The translations under genes were made by a program, and so were the position numbers. Of a stretch of 64,000 bases of DNA, positions 31,748 through 41,693 are shown piece after piece. The stretch comes from an uncultured delta proteobacterium (GTDB lineage Bacteria > Desulfobacterota > Binatia > UBA9968): the NCBI GenBank assembly GCA_963728565.1, contig CAVSLC010000005.1, positions 128,001-192,000 on the forward strand, in the 5' to 3' direction. Under the pieces are notes generated by a model. That model was not told where the DNA came from and did no database searches. It saw only the letters and a program-made list of their open reading frames with translations. Numbering within the stretch: the first letter of the stretch is position 1; the number at the start of each line of letters is the position of its first letter.

Positions 31748-32896
31748 TCACCCGCCGACGATTCCCATTCCCGTGAGCACCGACAGCATCACCGCGGCTG
31801 CAATGACGGAACCGATCTGCCCACCGGCGTTGGCGCTCATCGCGTGCATCAAGAGATAATTCTTCTTGTTGTACTTCTGACCTTCCGTTTGGGCGACGCG
31901 GGCGGCCATCGGAAATGCTGAAATTCCCGCCGCGCCGATAAGCGGGTTGACCTTGCCGCCGGTAAGTACGCACATCACTTTGCCGAAGAGCACCCCGATG
32001 ACGGTATCCAGGCTAATGGCGATGAGCCCAAGGCCCAGGACGAGCAAAGTCTCCGCGCGCAGAAACTTATCCGCCTCCATTGTGGCGCCAATCGTAAGAC
32101 CCAAAAGGAGGGTGATGATATTGGCGATCTCATTTTCGGAAGCGCTTTTAAGCCGCTCCACGACACCGCTTTCTTTCATGAGATTGCCTAACATGACGGT
32201 ACCGATCAAAGGTGTGCCGATGGGCGCGAGGATTGAAGCGAAAACCGTTACAACGATCGGGAAAAGAATCTTTGTGGTCTTTGAAACCGGCTGCCGGCTC
32301 ACACCCATGACGATTTTTCTTTCTCGATCGGTGGTCAGCAGGCGCATGATCGGCGGTTGGATCAGCGGAACCAAAGACATATAGGAATAAGCAGCGACTG
32401 AAACCGCTCCCAATAAGTGCGGCGCATATTTGGAGCTGACATAAATCGCAGTGGGGCCGTCACAGGCGCCGATGATAGCAACGGCTACGGCGTCGAGCTT
32501 GTCGAAGCCCACCGCCAGAGCAAGTAGCAGAGTCAAAAAAATCCCGAACTGTCCGGCGGCGCCAAGCAAAATGATTTTCGGATTTTCCAACAGCGGCGAA
32601 AAATCCGTCATCGCGCCGATGCCCAGAAAAATGAGCACCGGAAATATCTCGGTCAGGATACCATTCTCGTAAAAGTAGCGGAGGATGCCGTGCTGATCCA
32701 TCAAGCCGGCTAACGGAATATTCACTAAAATGGCGCCGAAGCCGATGGGGAGAAGGAGGAGAGGCTCATATCCTTTGCTGATTCCAAGATAAAGCAGCAG
32801 CGAACCAATCAGGATCATGACCACATGACCTAAAGTCAGATTGGTGATCCCGAGTAAAAGACCTTGCAGGCCGGAAGCGATCGCCGATTCCATCAA
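31748..32896 (-). CDS. oadB: Na+-translocating decarboxylase beta subunit
   Basis: YEPLLLLPIGFG, IIGACDGPTAIY, AYSYMSLVPLIQP, NPLIGAAGISAFPMAAR. Confidence 0.95.
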   Translation of the reverse strand: MMESAIASGLQGLLLGITNLTLGHVVMILIGSLLLYLGISKGYEPLLLLPIGFGAILVNIPLAGLMDQHGILRYFYENGILTEIFPVLIFLGIGAMTDFSPLLENPKIILLGAAGQFGIFLTLLLALAVGFDKLDAVAVAIIGACDGPTAIYVSSKYAPHLLGAVSVAAYSYMSLVPLIQPPIMRLLTTDRERKIVMGVSRQPVSKTTKILFPIVVTVFASILAPIGTPLIGTVMLGNLMKESGVVERLKSASENEIANIITLLLGLTIGATMEADKFLRAETLLVLGLGLIAISLDTVIGVLFGKVMCVLTGGKVNPLIGAAGISAFPMAARVAQTEGQKYNKKNYLLMHAMSANAGGQIGSVIAAAVMLSVLTGMGIVGG

Positions 32897-32901
32897 TCTG
32901 T

Positions 32902-33048
32902 CTAGCCTTTCTTCGGTGCCGTTGCTTCGGGTTTATACGGAAAGATTTTCCTAAGGAGCAGGATAAGCAAGCTCAGGCACCACAACACCAGCATGGTTCC
33001 AGCCATGCCGATGACCGACAGCGTCCATCCGAAAGACCAGATGTCCAT
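32902..33048 (-). CDS. OadG/MmdD-like small membrane subunit (48 aa, absent from ORF track)
   Basis: MDIWSFGWTLSVIGMAGTMLVLWCLSLLILLLRKIFPYKPEATAPKKG; single TM; sits between the biotin carrier and the beta subunit. Confidence 0.8.
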   Translation of the reverse strand: MDIWSFGWTLSVIGMAGTMLVLWCLSLLILLLRKIFPYKPEATAPKKG

Positions 33049-33093
33049 CAGTTGAATTCCTCCAAGATTGCCGGGCGTGTTGATCGGGACGGA

Positions 33094-33309
33094 TTATTCG
33101 ATTTCAGCGAGCAGTTGATCCACTTCAACGGCCTGCCCGGCTGATACCTTCATCTCTTTGAGCACTCCAGAAGCAGGCGCAACGACGGGGATTTCCATCT
33201 TCATCGCTTCCATCACAAGCACTACCTCGTCTTCATCGACGCGGTCTCCGACGTTTTTCTCCACCTTTAAGATTTTCCCCACCATCGGAGCGGTAATCGG
33301 TGTCGCCAA
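33094..33309 (-). CDS. biotin carboxyl carrier protein
   Basis: APMVGKI...EAMKMEIPV biotinylation motif. Confidence 0.93.
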   Translation of the reverse strand: MATPITAPMVGKILKVEKNVGDRVDEDEVVLVMEAMKMEIPVVAPASGVLKEMKVSAGQAVEVDQLLAEIE

Positions 33310-33571
33310 GTTGGTCTCCTTGATTGTTGAAGCAGCTTGAATATTGCCATTTAGTAGAGTTTTAGCGGGATATTGTCAATGCTCCTAATGGCGAAGTTGA
33401 CCATCCGCCAATCACAACGCCGCCCTAGTACCAACTTGTCGGGAAACCGCGACTTTGCTTCGGCCGCGCCAAGATCTCTTGACAAAATACCGCGGCAGAT
33501 CAGGTTTCTCCGCCTTGCTTTTGGCAATTCGATGCGATAGAAACCGAGCATAGTTTTCTGGGAGGGTCTAT

Positions 33572-34666
33572 ATGGCTAAACCGGCTGTTCAACAAGATGT
33601 TTCGATAGATAACATTCCATATTATGAAAAATGGCAGCTTGGGGAGGGAATCCCCGTTGTCAAAACTTTCTTCGTCCAGGACTTGAGAAAGGTTGAATTA
33701 AAACCGTGGGACCGAACCGGTGGCAACGGCGCGTTCATCAACATGGAAGGCGCGGAGGGAACCACCGGCGCCTATGTTTTGGAAATTCCCGCCGGAAAGA
33801 GCCTCAACCCGCAGAGGCATCTCTACGAAGATATGCTTTACGTTCTCAAGGGCCGCGGCGCAACTACCATTTGGAATGACAAAGGAGCGAAGCAAACTTT
33901 CGAATGGCAAGAGGGCAGTCTTTTCGCATTGCCGCTTAATTCCTGGTACCAGCACTTCAACGGCCAGGGCGACGAGCCAGCGCGGTTTTTCTCGGTCAAC
34001 AGCATGGCCATCACCTTTAACCTTTTTCATAATGAAGACTTTATCTTCAATACGCCTCGTGACTTCGTCGATCGTTTCGACGGCGATCCTGAATATTTCA
34101 GTGGCAAGGGCAAAGCCCATCCCGGACGTGTTTGGGATACCAACTTTATTGCTGATGCCCGCAACTTCAAACTTGAAGACTGGAAAGAGCGCGGCGCGGC
34201 TGGCAAGAACGTCATGCTCGAAATGGCCAATGGCTCGATGGCCGCGCATATTTCCGAGTTTCCCGTCGGCACCTATAAGAAAGCCCATCGGCACGGACCA
34301 GGTTTCAATGTTATGATCATCAAAGGTCATGGCTTCTCACTGTTCTGGAGAGAAGGAGAACAGCCGAAGCGCTACGATTGGCAGGACGGCAGTGTTTTTA
34401 CGCCGCCGGCAATGATGTTTCACCAACATTTCAACACCGGCGCCACAGGGGCGCGCTATCTGCCGCCGCGTTTAGGCGGGATCAAGTACAGCTTGGGCGA
34501 AAGCTTCGGCGACATCACCAAGGTCGATAAAGACGTCAAGGCCGGTGGCAACCAGATCGAGTACTATGACGAGGATCCTAAGATCCGAAAAATGTTCGAG
34601 GAGGAACTGGCTAAATCCGGGACAACCACGAAAATGAATCCGGATTTCTATAAGAAGCCGGCCTGA
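33572..34666 (+). CDS. bicupin protein (gentisate-dioxygenase-like fold)
   Basis: Two cupin motifs: QRHLYED..WYQHFN and AHRHGPG..FHQHFN. Confidence 0.8.
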   Translation: MAKPAVQQDVSIDNIPYYEKWQLGEGIPVVKTFFVQDLRKVELKPWDRTGGNGAFINMEGAEGTTGAYVLEIPAGKSLNPQRHLYEDMLYVLKGRGATTIWNDKGAKQTFEWQEGSLFALPLNSWYQHFNGQGDEPARFFSVNSMAITFNLFHNEDFIFNTPRDFVDRFDGDPEYFSGKGKAHPGRVWDTNFIADARNFKLEDWKERGAAGKNVMLEMANGSMAAHISEFPVGTYKKAHRHGPGFNVMIIKGHGFSLFWREGEQPKRYDWQDGSVFTPPAMMFHQHFNTGATGARYLPPRLGGIKYSLGESFGDITKVDKDVKAGGNQIEYYDEDPKIRKMFEEELAKSGTTTKMNPDFYKKPA

Positions 34667-34701
34667 TTGGTTGTTGCCCGCCAGAATTGGCATAAATATC
34701 C

Positions 34702-34742
34702 AAAAGCCCCGCACGGTTTTCACCGTGCGGGGCTTTTTTTTG
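34702..34742 (+). terminator. intrinsic terminator
   Basis: AAAAGCCCCGCACGG-TTTTCA-CCGTGCGGGGCTTTTTTT. Confidence 0.9.
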
Positions 34743-34794
34743 GCGTCGCACTGTGGTTGGTCGCGAGAGTGGTTTTGAATTTAGGTAGCTTTAA

Positions 34795-35385
34795 GTGGAA
34801 ATACTTCTAATCTTGTTTGGTTACTTAATGGGATCGGTACCGGTGGGCTTCATTCTCGGAGCGAGGTCAGGGATTGATGTGAGAGCGGTCGGTAGCGGTA
34901 ATGTCGGCGCGACAAATGTCGCCAGGGTAGTAGGCAAGCGTCAAGGTATCGTGACCCTGATCGCGGACACGGCGAAAGGGTTCCTTCCGGTCATTCTGGC
35001 TATGCAACTCGGCGCGAGCCTGGCCGCAACAGTTTTGGTTGGGGCGGCAGCGTTTCTCGGACACCTCTATCCAATCTTTTTGAAATTCAAGGGAGGAAAA
35101 GGGGTGGCCACGGCGTTGGGTGTTTTCTTGGCTGTAGCTCCAATGGCCACGCTGGTGTCGGTTGCGCTGTTTGCCGTTGCGGTTCTAGCCAGCAGGATCG
35201 TTTCCCTAAGCTCGATTTTAACCGCAATAGCAGCGCCGATAATATTTTGGCTGTTTTCCTACCCGCCGTTAGTAGTCGGAATGGCTGCTTTCATTGCAGT
35301 GGCAATCACATGCCGCCATCGCAGTAACATTCGACGTATGATGAATGGAAGCGAACCTCGCTTCGGATCGGCTAATTCTCAATGA
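34795..35385 (+). CDS. plsY: glycerol-3-phosphate acyltransferase
   Basis: GYLMGSVP, GSGNVGATN, GHLYPIF.KFKGGKGVAT, RHRSNI.R. Confidence 0.95.
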   Translation: MEILLILFGYLMGSVPVGFILGARSGIDVRAVGSGNVGATNVARVVGKRQGIVTLIADTAKGFLPVILAMQLGASLAATVLVGAAAFLGHLYPIFLKFKGGKGVATALGVFLAVAPMATLVSVALFAVAVLASRIVSLSSILTAIAAPIIFWLFSYPPLVVGMAAFIAVAITCRHRSNIRRMMNGSEPRFGSANSQ

Positions 35386-36082
35386 TCACTTCCACCCGGC
35401 GATTCTGCCTTCGACCGTCCTCGGAATCATTACTGGCGATCGGTGCGCGAGTGCCTAACCCTTGCGATGAAATGCGCCCGCCGTTGACGCCATTGCGCTC
35501 CAGTGATTGAGCTACGGTGCTTGCCCGCCGCTCCGATAGCCGCTGGTTGTAAGATTCTTGCGCGGCGCTTTCGCGGCTTGCATGGCCTTCCACGGTGACC
35601 TTACGATTCGGCGCTTCTCGCTGAAGGATATTGGCGATTTGATTTACCCGATCTCGCCCATCCGGGGTTAAGTCAGCGCTATCGAATTGAAAGTTGACGT
35701 TGGGAAGATTGACGGTTACGCCTCGGCTGGTTTCTCGCGCCTCGATGTTACGCTTTTTCAATTCATCAATCAGCGCCTGGTTCTTAGCAATCTCGGCTCG
35801 CTGCTGATCGATCGCCTTTTGCTGCTCCGCTTGTTTGATGTCCTGTCCCTGGAGTTGGTCGCCAATCAGCGCTCCCGTACCCAAACCTAGCGCTCCGCCG
35901 ACCGCCGCGCCGACCCCGGGGCGACCGACCGCCGCGCCGACAATCCCACCGGCAGCCGCGCCGCCGAGCGCACCTATTCCGGCGCCTTTTTCACGGGTGC
36001 TTAATGATCCACCGGAACATCCGGCTGCGGTGATCGACAACGCGATCACCGCAGCCGTCATAAATTTAGGAGAATTATTCAT
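35372..36082 (-). CDS. OmpA-family lipoprotein with N-terminal glycine zipper
   Basis: Lipobox AAGC; TREKGAGIG glycine zipper; FQFDSADL, NQRLSERRA, RQNRRVE. Confidence 0.9.
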   Translation of the reverse strand: MNNSPKFMTAAVIALSITAAGCSGGSLSTREKGAGIGALGGAAAGGIVGAAVGRPGVGAAVGGALGLGTGALIGDQLQGQDIKQAEQQKAIDQQRAEIAKNQALIDELKKRNIEARETSRGVTVNLPNVNFQFDSADLTPDGRDRVNQIANILQREAPNRKVTVEGHASRESAAQESYNQRLSERRASTVAQSLERNGVNGGRISSQGLGTRAPIASNDSEDGRRQNRRVEVIIEN

Positions 36083-36107
36083 CGTAATCTTCTCGATCCA
36101 TGTCATG

Positions 36108-36446
36108 TTAGTATTCACCGGTTTTTTTGAGCTTTTCCAGGTCCTCTCTTTGCCGCTGCAACTCTGCTTGGTTGGCATCGATCTGGCGCTGCTGCTGCGA
36201 CTGTTTTTGCTCTTGGCCTTGTAGTTGATCTCCAACTAAAGCGCCCGAGCCAAGACCCAGCGCGCCACCGATTGCCGCGCCCGCGCCTGGCCGTCCGACA
36301 GCGGCGCCGATGATGCCGCCAACTGCAGCGCCGCCAAGCGCGCCAATCCCGGCGCCCTTTTCGCGCGTCGTCAAACCATTGCTCGAGCAGCCTACAACGG
36401 TCGAGAAAAGACAAAAACCAAAGATAAGCGTGAGTCTGCGTACCAT
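36108..36446 (-). CDS. glycine-zipper lipoprotein
   Basis: Lipobox VVGC; TTREKGAGIGALGGAAVGG; GGGAGG RBS. Confidence 0.85.
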   Translation of the reverse strand: MVRRLTLIFGFCLFSTVVGCSSNGLTTREKGAGIGALGGAAVGGIIGAAVGRPGAGAAIGGALGLGSGALVGDQLQGQEQKQSQQQRQIDANQAELQRQREDLEKLKKTGEY

Positions 36447-36640
36447 ATAACCTCCCAGTGGATCGGGGGATAAAAGACACTCCCGTGGAGTGGAACAAGT
36501 GTAGCAAAAGGCCTTCACCCCGGCAACGCAATCGCAGCACTGGTCAATTATGTGAATATTTAGACTCGTTTATCAGTTTTCTGTTAACACGCTAGTCTGT
36601 TGACATCATAGACCTTATAAGTCTAGAGTTTATCAAAGGA

Positions 36641-37747
36641 GTGCCATTGGAAAGTTTATCTCAGGAAAGAATTCTAGGCGTACTAAAGAAGGTTCAGGAT
36701 CCTGAACTTCACCGGGATATTGTAACTCTTGGAATGGTGAAGGACCTCGTCCTCAATGACGGCAAGGTCAGTTTCACCGTTGAATTAACCACCCCGGCTT
36801 GTCCTTTGCGCGAGACCATCGAAACGGATTGTAAGAAGGCATTGGCGGAAGTTCCCGGAATCAAAGAGCTTGAAATAAGCTTCGGTGCGCAGGTGCGCGG
36901 TAGCAAGGCAGGCGAGGGCCAAACAGATCTGCTTCCGTCGGTTAAAAACGTGGTGCTGGTTGCCGCCGGCAAAGGTGGTGTCGGTAAATCCACCGTGGCG
37001 GCTAATTTGGCCGTGGCTCTGAAAAAGCATGGCGCCGCAACCGGATTACTTGACGCCGATATTTATGGCCCTTCTGTTCCGATTATCATGGGGGTCAAAG
37101 GTGAGCCGTCGAAAGTCGAGGTAAACGGCGCTTTCAAGATCGCTCCGACGATCGCTCATGGCGTACCGGTGATGTCCATTGGTTTTTTCCTCGATTCCGA
37201 ACAGGCGGTTATTTGGCGCGGTCCGATGCTCGGCAAGGCGCTGCACCAACTCATGGCCGACGTTCATTGGGGCGAGTTGGACTACCTCGTCGTTGACATG
37301 CCGCCGGGAACCGGCGATGTGCAAATTACCTTTTCGCAGCAGTTAAAAGTCAGCGGCGCGCTGTTGGTTGCAACGCCGCAAGATGTTGCTCTCGCCGACG
37401 TCATTCGGGCTAAGAGCATGTTCGACAAAGTGATGATCCCAATCGTCGGCATCGTGGAAAACATGAGTTATTTCATCTGCGATGGTTGTAACAAGAACCA
37501 CGAAATTTTTTCCCGTGGCGGCGCTCTCCGGGCGGCGGAGCGGTTTAACATTCCCTACCTCGGCGAAATCCCAATTACTCCCTCGCTCCGAGAAGGAGGC
37601 GATAAGGGCTTACCGATTCTCATTCAAGATCCAAACTCGGAGGTAAGCAAAATTTTTCTAGAGATTGCGGCCAAGTTGGCTGGGCAGCTCTCGATTGCTT
37701 CGGAACGCGCGAAGCAAACTCAAGGTTTGAAAATTGTATCGAGCTAG
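36641..37747 (+). CDS. mrp: Mrp/ApbC/NBP35 Fe-S cluster carrier ATPase
   Basis: N-terminal DUF59 (DPEL..TTPACP); GKGGVGKST; DADIYGPS; DMPPGTGD; ENMSYFIC..C. Confidence 0.95.
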   Translation: MPLESLSQERILGVLKKVQDPELHRDIVTLGMVKDLVLNDGKVSFTVELTTPACPLRETIETDCKKALAEVPGIKELEISFGAQVRGSKAGEGQTDLLPSVKNVVLVAAGKGGVGKSTVAANLAVALKKHGAATGLLDADIYGPSVPIIMGVKGEPSKVEVNGAFKIAPTIAHGVPVMSIGFFLDSEQAVIWRGPMLGKALHQLMADVHWGELDYLVVDMPPGTGDVQITFSQQLKVSGALLVATPQDVALADVIRAKSMFDKVMIPIVGIVENMSYFICDGCNKNHEIFSRGGALRAAERFNIPYLGEIPITPSLREGGDKGLPILIQDPNSEVSKIFLEIAAKLAGQLSIASERAKQTQGLKIVSS

Positions 37748-37793
37748 TCTGATTCCGTATATATTTTGCCGGAAAATCCGGAGGAGTAAAATC

Positions 37794-38093
37794 ATGGTCA
37801 CTAAAGAACAAGTCTACGAAGCGCTTCACGAATGTTACGATCCCGAAATTCCGGTCAATATAGTCGATCTGGGCTTGGTTTATGAGGTCGAAGTGAACGA
37901 CGACAATGTCGCGGTGAAAATGACGCTGACCGCACCCGGATGCGGCATGGGGACGATGATCGCTGCCGATGCCAAAGAAAAGATTCTCGCTTTAGAGGGT
38001 GTTCGTGATGCCAGCGTTGATCTTGTATGGGATCCGCCATGGGATCCGAGCAGAATCAGTGACGAAGCAAAGCAGAGACTCGGAATCGGTTAA
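37794..38093 (+). CDS. SufT/DUF59 Fe-S assembly protein
   Basis: DPEIPVNIVDLGLVY, MTLTAPGC, VWDPPW. Confidence 0.92.
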   Translation: MVTKEQVYEALHECYDPEIPVNIVDLGLVYEVEVNDDNVAVKMTLTAPGCGMGTMIAADAKEKILALEGVRDASVDLVWDPPWDPSRISDEAKQRLGIG

Positions 38094-38178
38094 CAACTGC
38101 TCGCGAGCTCGCTATCCGGCAGCGGTCCGGCTTCCCCCAGTTATCGAAGCTTGATCGCAGGCACTTTCGTTCGTAACG

Positions 38179-39431
38179 ATGAATAGTTTTCCCCGTTTGC
38201 GGGCCGTTGAGGCCTTTCCTGTCCAACAAAACGGCAACAACCTGATCTATCTGAAAGATCCCCTCAATCTAGCCACTCCATTGGGAGTTTCTCCGGTGGG
38301 CTATTTCCTCATGGCTCATTTCGACGGCCGTCATTCTTTTATCGACATCCAAGAAATCTACTCGAAGCAGTTCGGTACGGTCTTGCTCACCGATGAACTT
38401 AAAAATTTTCTCGACATGCTCGATGAGCACTATTACCTCCTCAATGAACGATTCGCCGAGTATCAGAAGAGTGTCATCGAAAGTTTCTGCCGCCGGCCGA
38501 CGCGCGCGCCGGCGCACATGGGTGGAGTATACCCAGATGATGCTGTTGGCCTGAGGGCTCAGCTCGACGGATATTTTACTTCAGCCGATGGTCCCGGACT
38601 GGATGTAACGAAATGGCAGGAGAACGGCCCCGCGGGCGATTGTCGCGCCGCATATCGATTTTCATCGTGGTGGCTCTTCATATGCGTGGGCCTACAAGCG
38701 GCTTCTGGAGAGCGATGGAGCTGACTTGTACATCCTGCTTGGAACTTCTCATTGCGGCGGCGACAATCCTTTTATCCTAACGCTCAAAGATTTTGAAACT
38801 CCGCTCGGCATCGTCGAAACCGACAAAGCGTTTGTTTCAGAGCTACAGAGCATTTGCGAGCAAGATCTGTTCGCGGACGAGTATCTCCATCGCGGTGAGC
38901 ATTCACTCGAGTTCCAGGTTGTCTTCTTGAAGTACCTAGCACAGCGGCGCGCCGAGTTGCTATGTCAACCCGAGAGACCCTTCAAGATTGTACCGATCCT
39001 CGTTTCTTCGTTTCATGCGATGGTGGCGAGCAAAACGCTGCCGGAAAGTACTCCGGCGGTCGGCAGATTTCTCGTCGCGCTCAAGAGCTTGGTTGAAAAC
39101 GAAAGACGAGAAGTGTGTCTGGTCGCTGGCGTGGATCTGGCGCACGTCGGACGCCAGTTCGGCGACGTTGAGCCAATCACGGAGAATTTTCTCAAATGGG
39201 TTGAAGCCGAAGATGATTCGTCTGGTGGAGCGTCTGGCGGCCCGTGACGCGCCGGGATTTTTTCATGAGATCGCAAAAGATCAAGATAAAAGACGAATCT
39301 GCGGGTTCTCACCGCTGTACTCGCTGATTCACCTGCTCAAGGACGGCAACGGACAACGATTAAAATATAGCCAAGCCTTTACTCCCGAAACAGCCTCAGC
39401 GGTTACTTTTACCGGTATGGTATTTGACTGA
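38179..39431 (+). CDS. amrB: AmmeMemoRadiSam system protein B (MEMO1 family), split by two frameshifts
   Basis: APHIDF.RGG, LGTSH, EHSLEFQ, DLAHVG..FGD and RICG in three consecutive frames. Confidence 0.8.
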
Positions 39432-39506
39432 GCCAAGAGGCTGGACACCGTGCCTGCCCCTTGCACCGCTCTCTGCAAGGGCCTCTCTGCCGTACATCTT
39501 TCCGGT

Positions 39507-40265
39507 TCAATGCATATTCATGCCGCCGTCGACGCTAATCGACTGGCCGGTCATGAAGTCGCTGTCATCTGATGCGAGAAAGATCACCGTGCCTACCAGA
39601 TCCTGAGGGTACTGATCGCGCTGGATCGAGCGACGCTTTCTTCGATCTGCCAATTGCTCGGCGGTCATGACGCCTTCCTGGTTTGCGCCGGAAATGGTCA
39701 GACCCGGCATTATTGAATTAACGCAGATGTTGTCGCCGCCGACCTCCCGCGCGAGCGCCCGAGTGAAGCCGATCACGCCAGCTTTGGATGACACATAATG
39801 GAGAAAGAATGGCGAGCCGTTCAAGGTTGTTCCGGAGGAGATATTGATTATCTTTCCTTTGCCCTGTTGTTTCATGGCGGGGTAAACCGCTTTGACGCAG
39901 TGAAACAAGCCTTTCACGTTCACTGCCATGACCCGGTCCCACTCGTCGCTGTCAATTTCCATGAAATTTTTCTTTTTCAGTGCTGAATACAATCCGGCGT
40001 TATTGACTAAGATGTCGATCCGGCCATAGGCCGTAAGCGCGGCTTGGGCCATCGCTTGAGCTTTGTCGAATGAAGTCACATCAACCGGCACTGCTCTCGC
40101 TTCGCCGCCGGACTGTCTGATGTCCGCGGCGACTTTTTCTGCCTCAACTTCTTGAATATCGGCAACCACGACCTTGGCGCCTTCTTTGGCCAAACCGTGG
40201 GCGTATGCTTTGCCGATGCCGACGCCGCCGCCGGTGACGATCGCAACTTTATCTTTTAAGCGCAT
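39507..40265 (-). CDS. SDR family oxidoreductase
   Basis: TGGGVGIG, NNAG, YVSSK. Confidence 0.93.
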   Translation of the reverse strand: MRLKDKVAIVTGGGVGIGKAYAHGLAKEGAKVVVADIQEVEAEKVAADIRQSGGEARAVPVDVTSFDKAQAMAQAALTAYGRIDILVNNAGLYSALKKKNFMEIDSDEWDRVMAVNVKGLFHCVKAVYPAMKQQGKGKIINISSGTTLNGSPFFLHYVSSKAGVIGFTRALAREVGGDNICVNSIMPGLTISGANQEGVMTAEQLADRRKRRSIQRDQYPQDLVGTVIFLASDDSDFMTGQSISVDGGMNMH

Positions 40266-40289
40266 GTGAGTTCCTCCATTTCAATCTCA

Positions 40290-41330
40290 TCAGATCTCCA
40301 GCCGGTAAAAGCGTGCCGGGTTGTCGTGCAGGATTGCCTTTTTGTTTTCCTCGCTGATATCCCTGCGTCCTAAGAACTCCGGTAGGTCGTGACTGAACAT
40401 GTCAGGGAGACGCTCATGGGGAAAATCCGACGGCCACATCAGGCAAGCAGGATTGAATTGCTTGATGACCTGCGGCAGCGCTTGCTCTTCGACTTCACAA
40501 GTAGTCCAAACCTGACCCGATCGAATGATCTCACTGGGCTTTTGCCGGAGCAAAGGCGCCTGGAAACGATACGGCTTCTCCATCTCTTCATCCATGCGGT
40601 CCATCATGTAGGGCAACCAGCCCGAACCGGCTTCGAGGAACGCGACTCTCAGCTTGGGAAAGCGATTGAACACACCTTCAAACACCATGTGCGTGAACTG
40701 GATCAAGATTGCAAAGGGATGTTCCAGCGTATGGACGTGGAGAAACTTGTTGAAAAAATCGAAGCCCATGCCGCGGCTCGGCGCGCCATGCACCGTGAGC
40801 GGCATGTCGAGCTTTTCAGCGGCCTGGTAGATCGGATCGAAATCGCTATGCCCGTAGCCTTTGTTCAGGACCGTCACCGCCGGCAGGAGCCCGGCCACGA
40901 GGCCGAGCCCTTTGGTGCGCTCCAGCTCTTTAGCGGCTTCGACCGGCTCATGCACCGGCAGGAGCGCGACCGCTTTCAGCCGCGAACTTTGTTTGGTGAA
41001 GCGCTCGGCGATCCACGAATTGTAAGCGCGCGCGATCACACAGGACCACTCAGAATTCTGAATCAATCCGAGCGAGAGGCCCCCTGTGGGGTAGAGCACC
41101 GTGGTATGGACGCCAAGTTCGTCGAGAAACTCGAGCCATTTGGGCGCGGGGGTCTCCGGAACCTTGCCGGGCACACCGAATCCGCGGTTCCAACCATCAA
41201 GGGAAGGAAAGTAACTATAAGTTTTGAAGTGCGGACCTTGTCGATAACGACCTTCAAGGAACTCGCGCAGCTCGGCGTCTGTCTCCATCACATGGCCATC
41301 GGCGTCGATGATCGGATAGTTCACGTTCAT
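40290..41330 (-). CDS. amidohydrolase_2 family (LigW/ACMSD-like) protein
   Basis: IIDADGH, RFPKLRVAFLEAG..W, WPSDFPH. Confidence 0.9.
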   Translation of the reverse strand: MNVNYPIIDADGHVMETDAELREFLEGRYRQGPHFKTYSYFPSLDGWNRGFGVPGKVPETPAPKWLEFLDELGVHTTVLYPTGGLSLGLIQNSEWSCVIARAYNSWIAERFTKQSSRLKAVALLPVHEPVEAAKELERTKGLGLVAGLLPAVTVLNKGYGHSDFDPIYQAAEKLDMPLTVHGAPSRGMGFDFFNKFLHVHTLEHPFAILIQFTHMVFEGVFNRFPKLRVAFLEAGSGWLPYMMDRMDEEMEKPYRFQAPLLRQKPSEIIRSGQVWTTCEVEEQALPQVIKQFNPACLMWPSDFPHERLPDMFSHDLPEFLGRRDISEENKKAILHDNPARFYRLEI

Positions 41331-41693
41331 TGCCTCATCTCCTACTAACTGATTAGCCCAACGCGGGCCGCGATTCTAACCGCCGCAAACCCCGGGTTGC
41401 CATCAAGGAGAACTGGAGTTTATCACGAGATCCGACGGCAGAGCCGCAGCCGAAGCCGGAATATGTCGCATACACGCAAAGGCGCAAGACAAGAAAACAA
41501 GAACTTAGCGTCTTAACGACCCGGCGCGAAGAAATCCTTATCCTCACGAGCTACGGCGATCAGAGAATTTGCGCAAGCTGCGAAAACTTCGACGATAGCA
41601 GCACGACGCGCGCGCATCCGGAGTGTGAAATCACAGAAATTGCCGATCCGGTCTTCGTGCGCTTCGCGATTCAAGTAAGCCCTTTCATTATAC

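Noticed and set aside
40389-41348. 319-aa plus-strand ORF (likewise 56611..57582, 51062..51874, 11941..12624)
   Set aside because: Antisense shadows of well-supported genes, expected from GC-rich codon bias.
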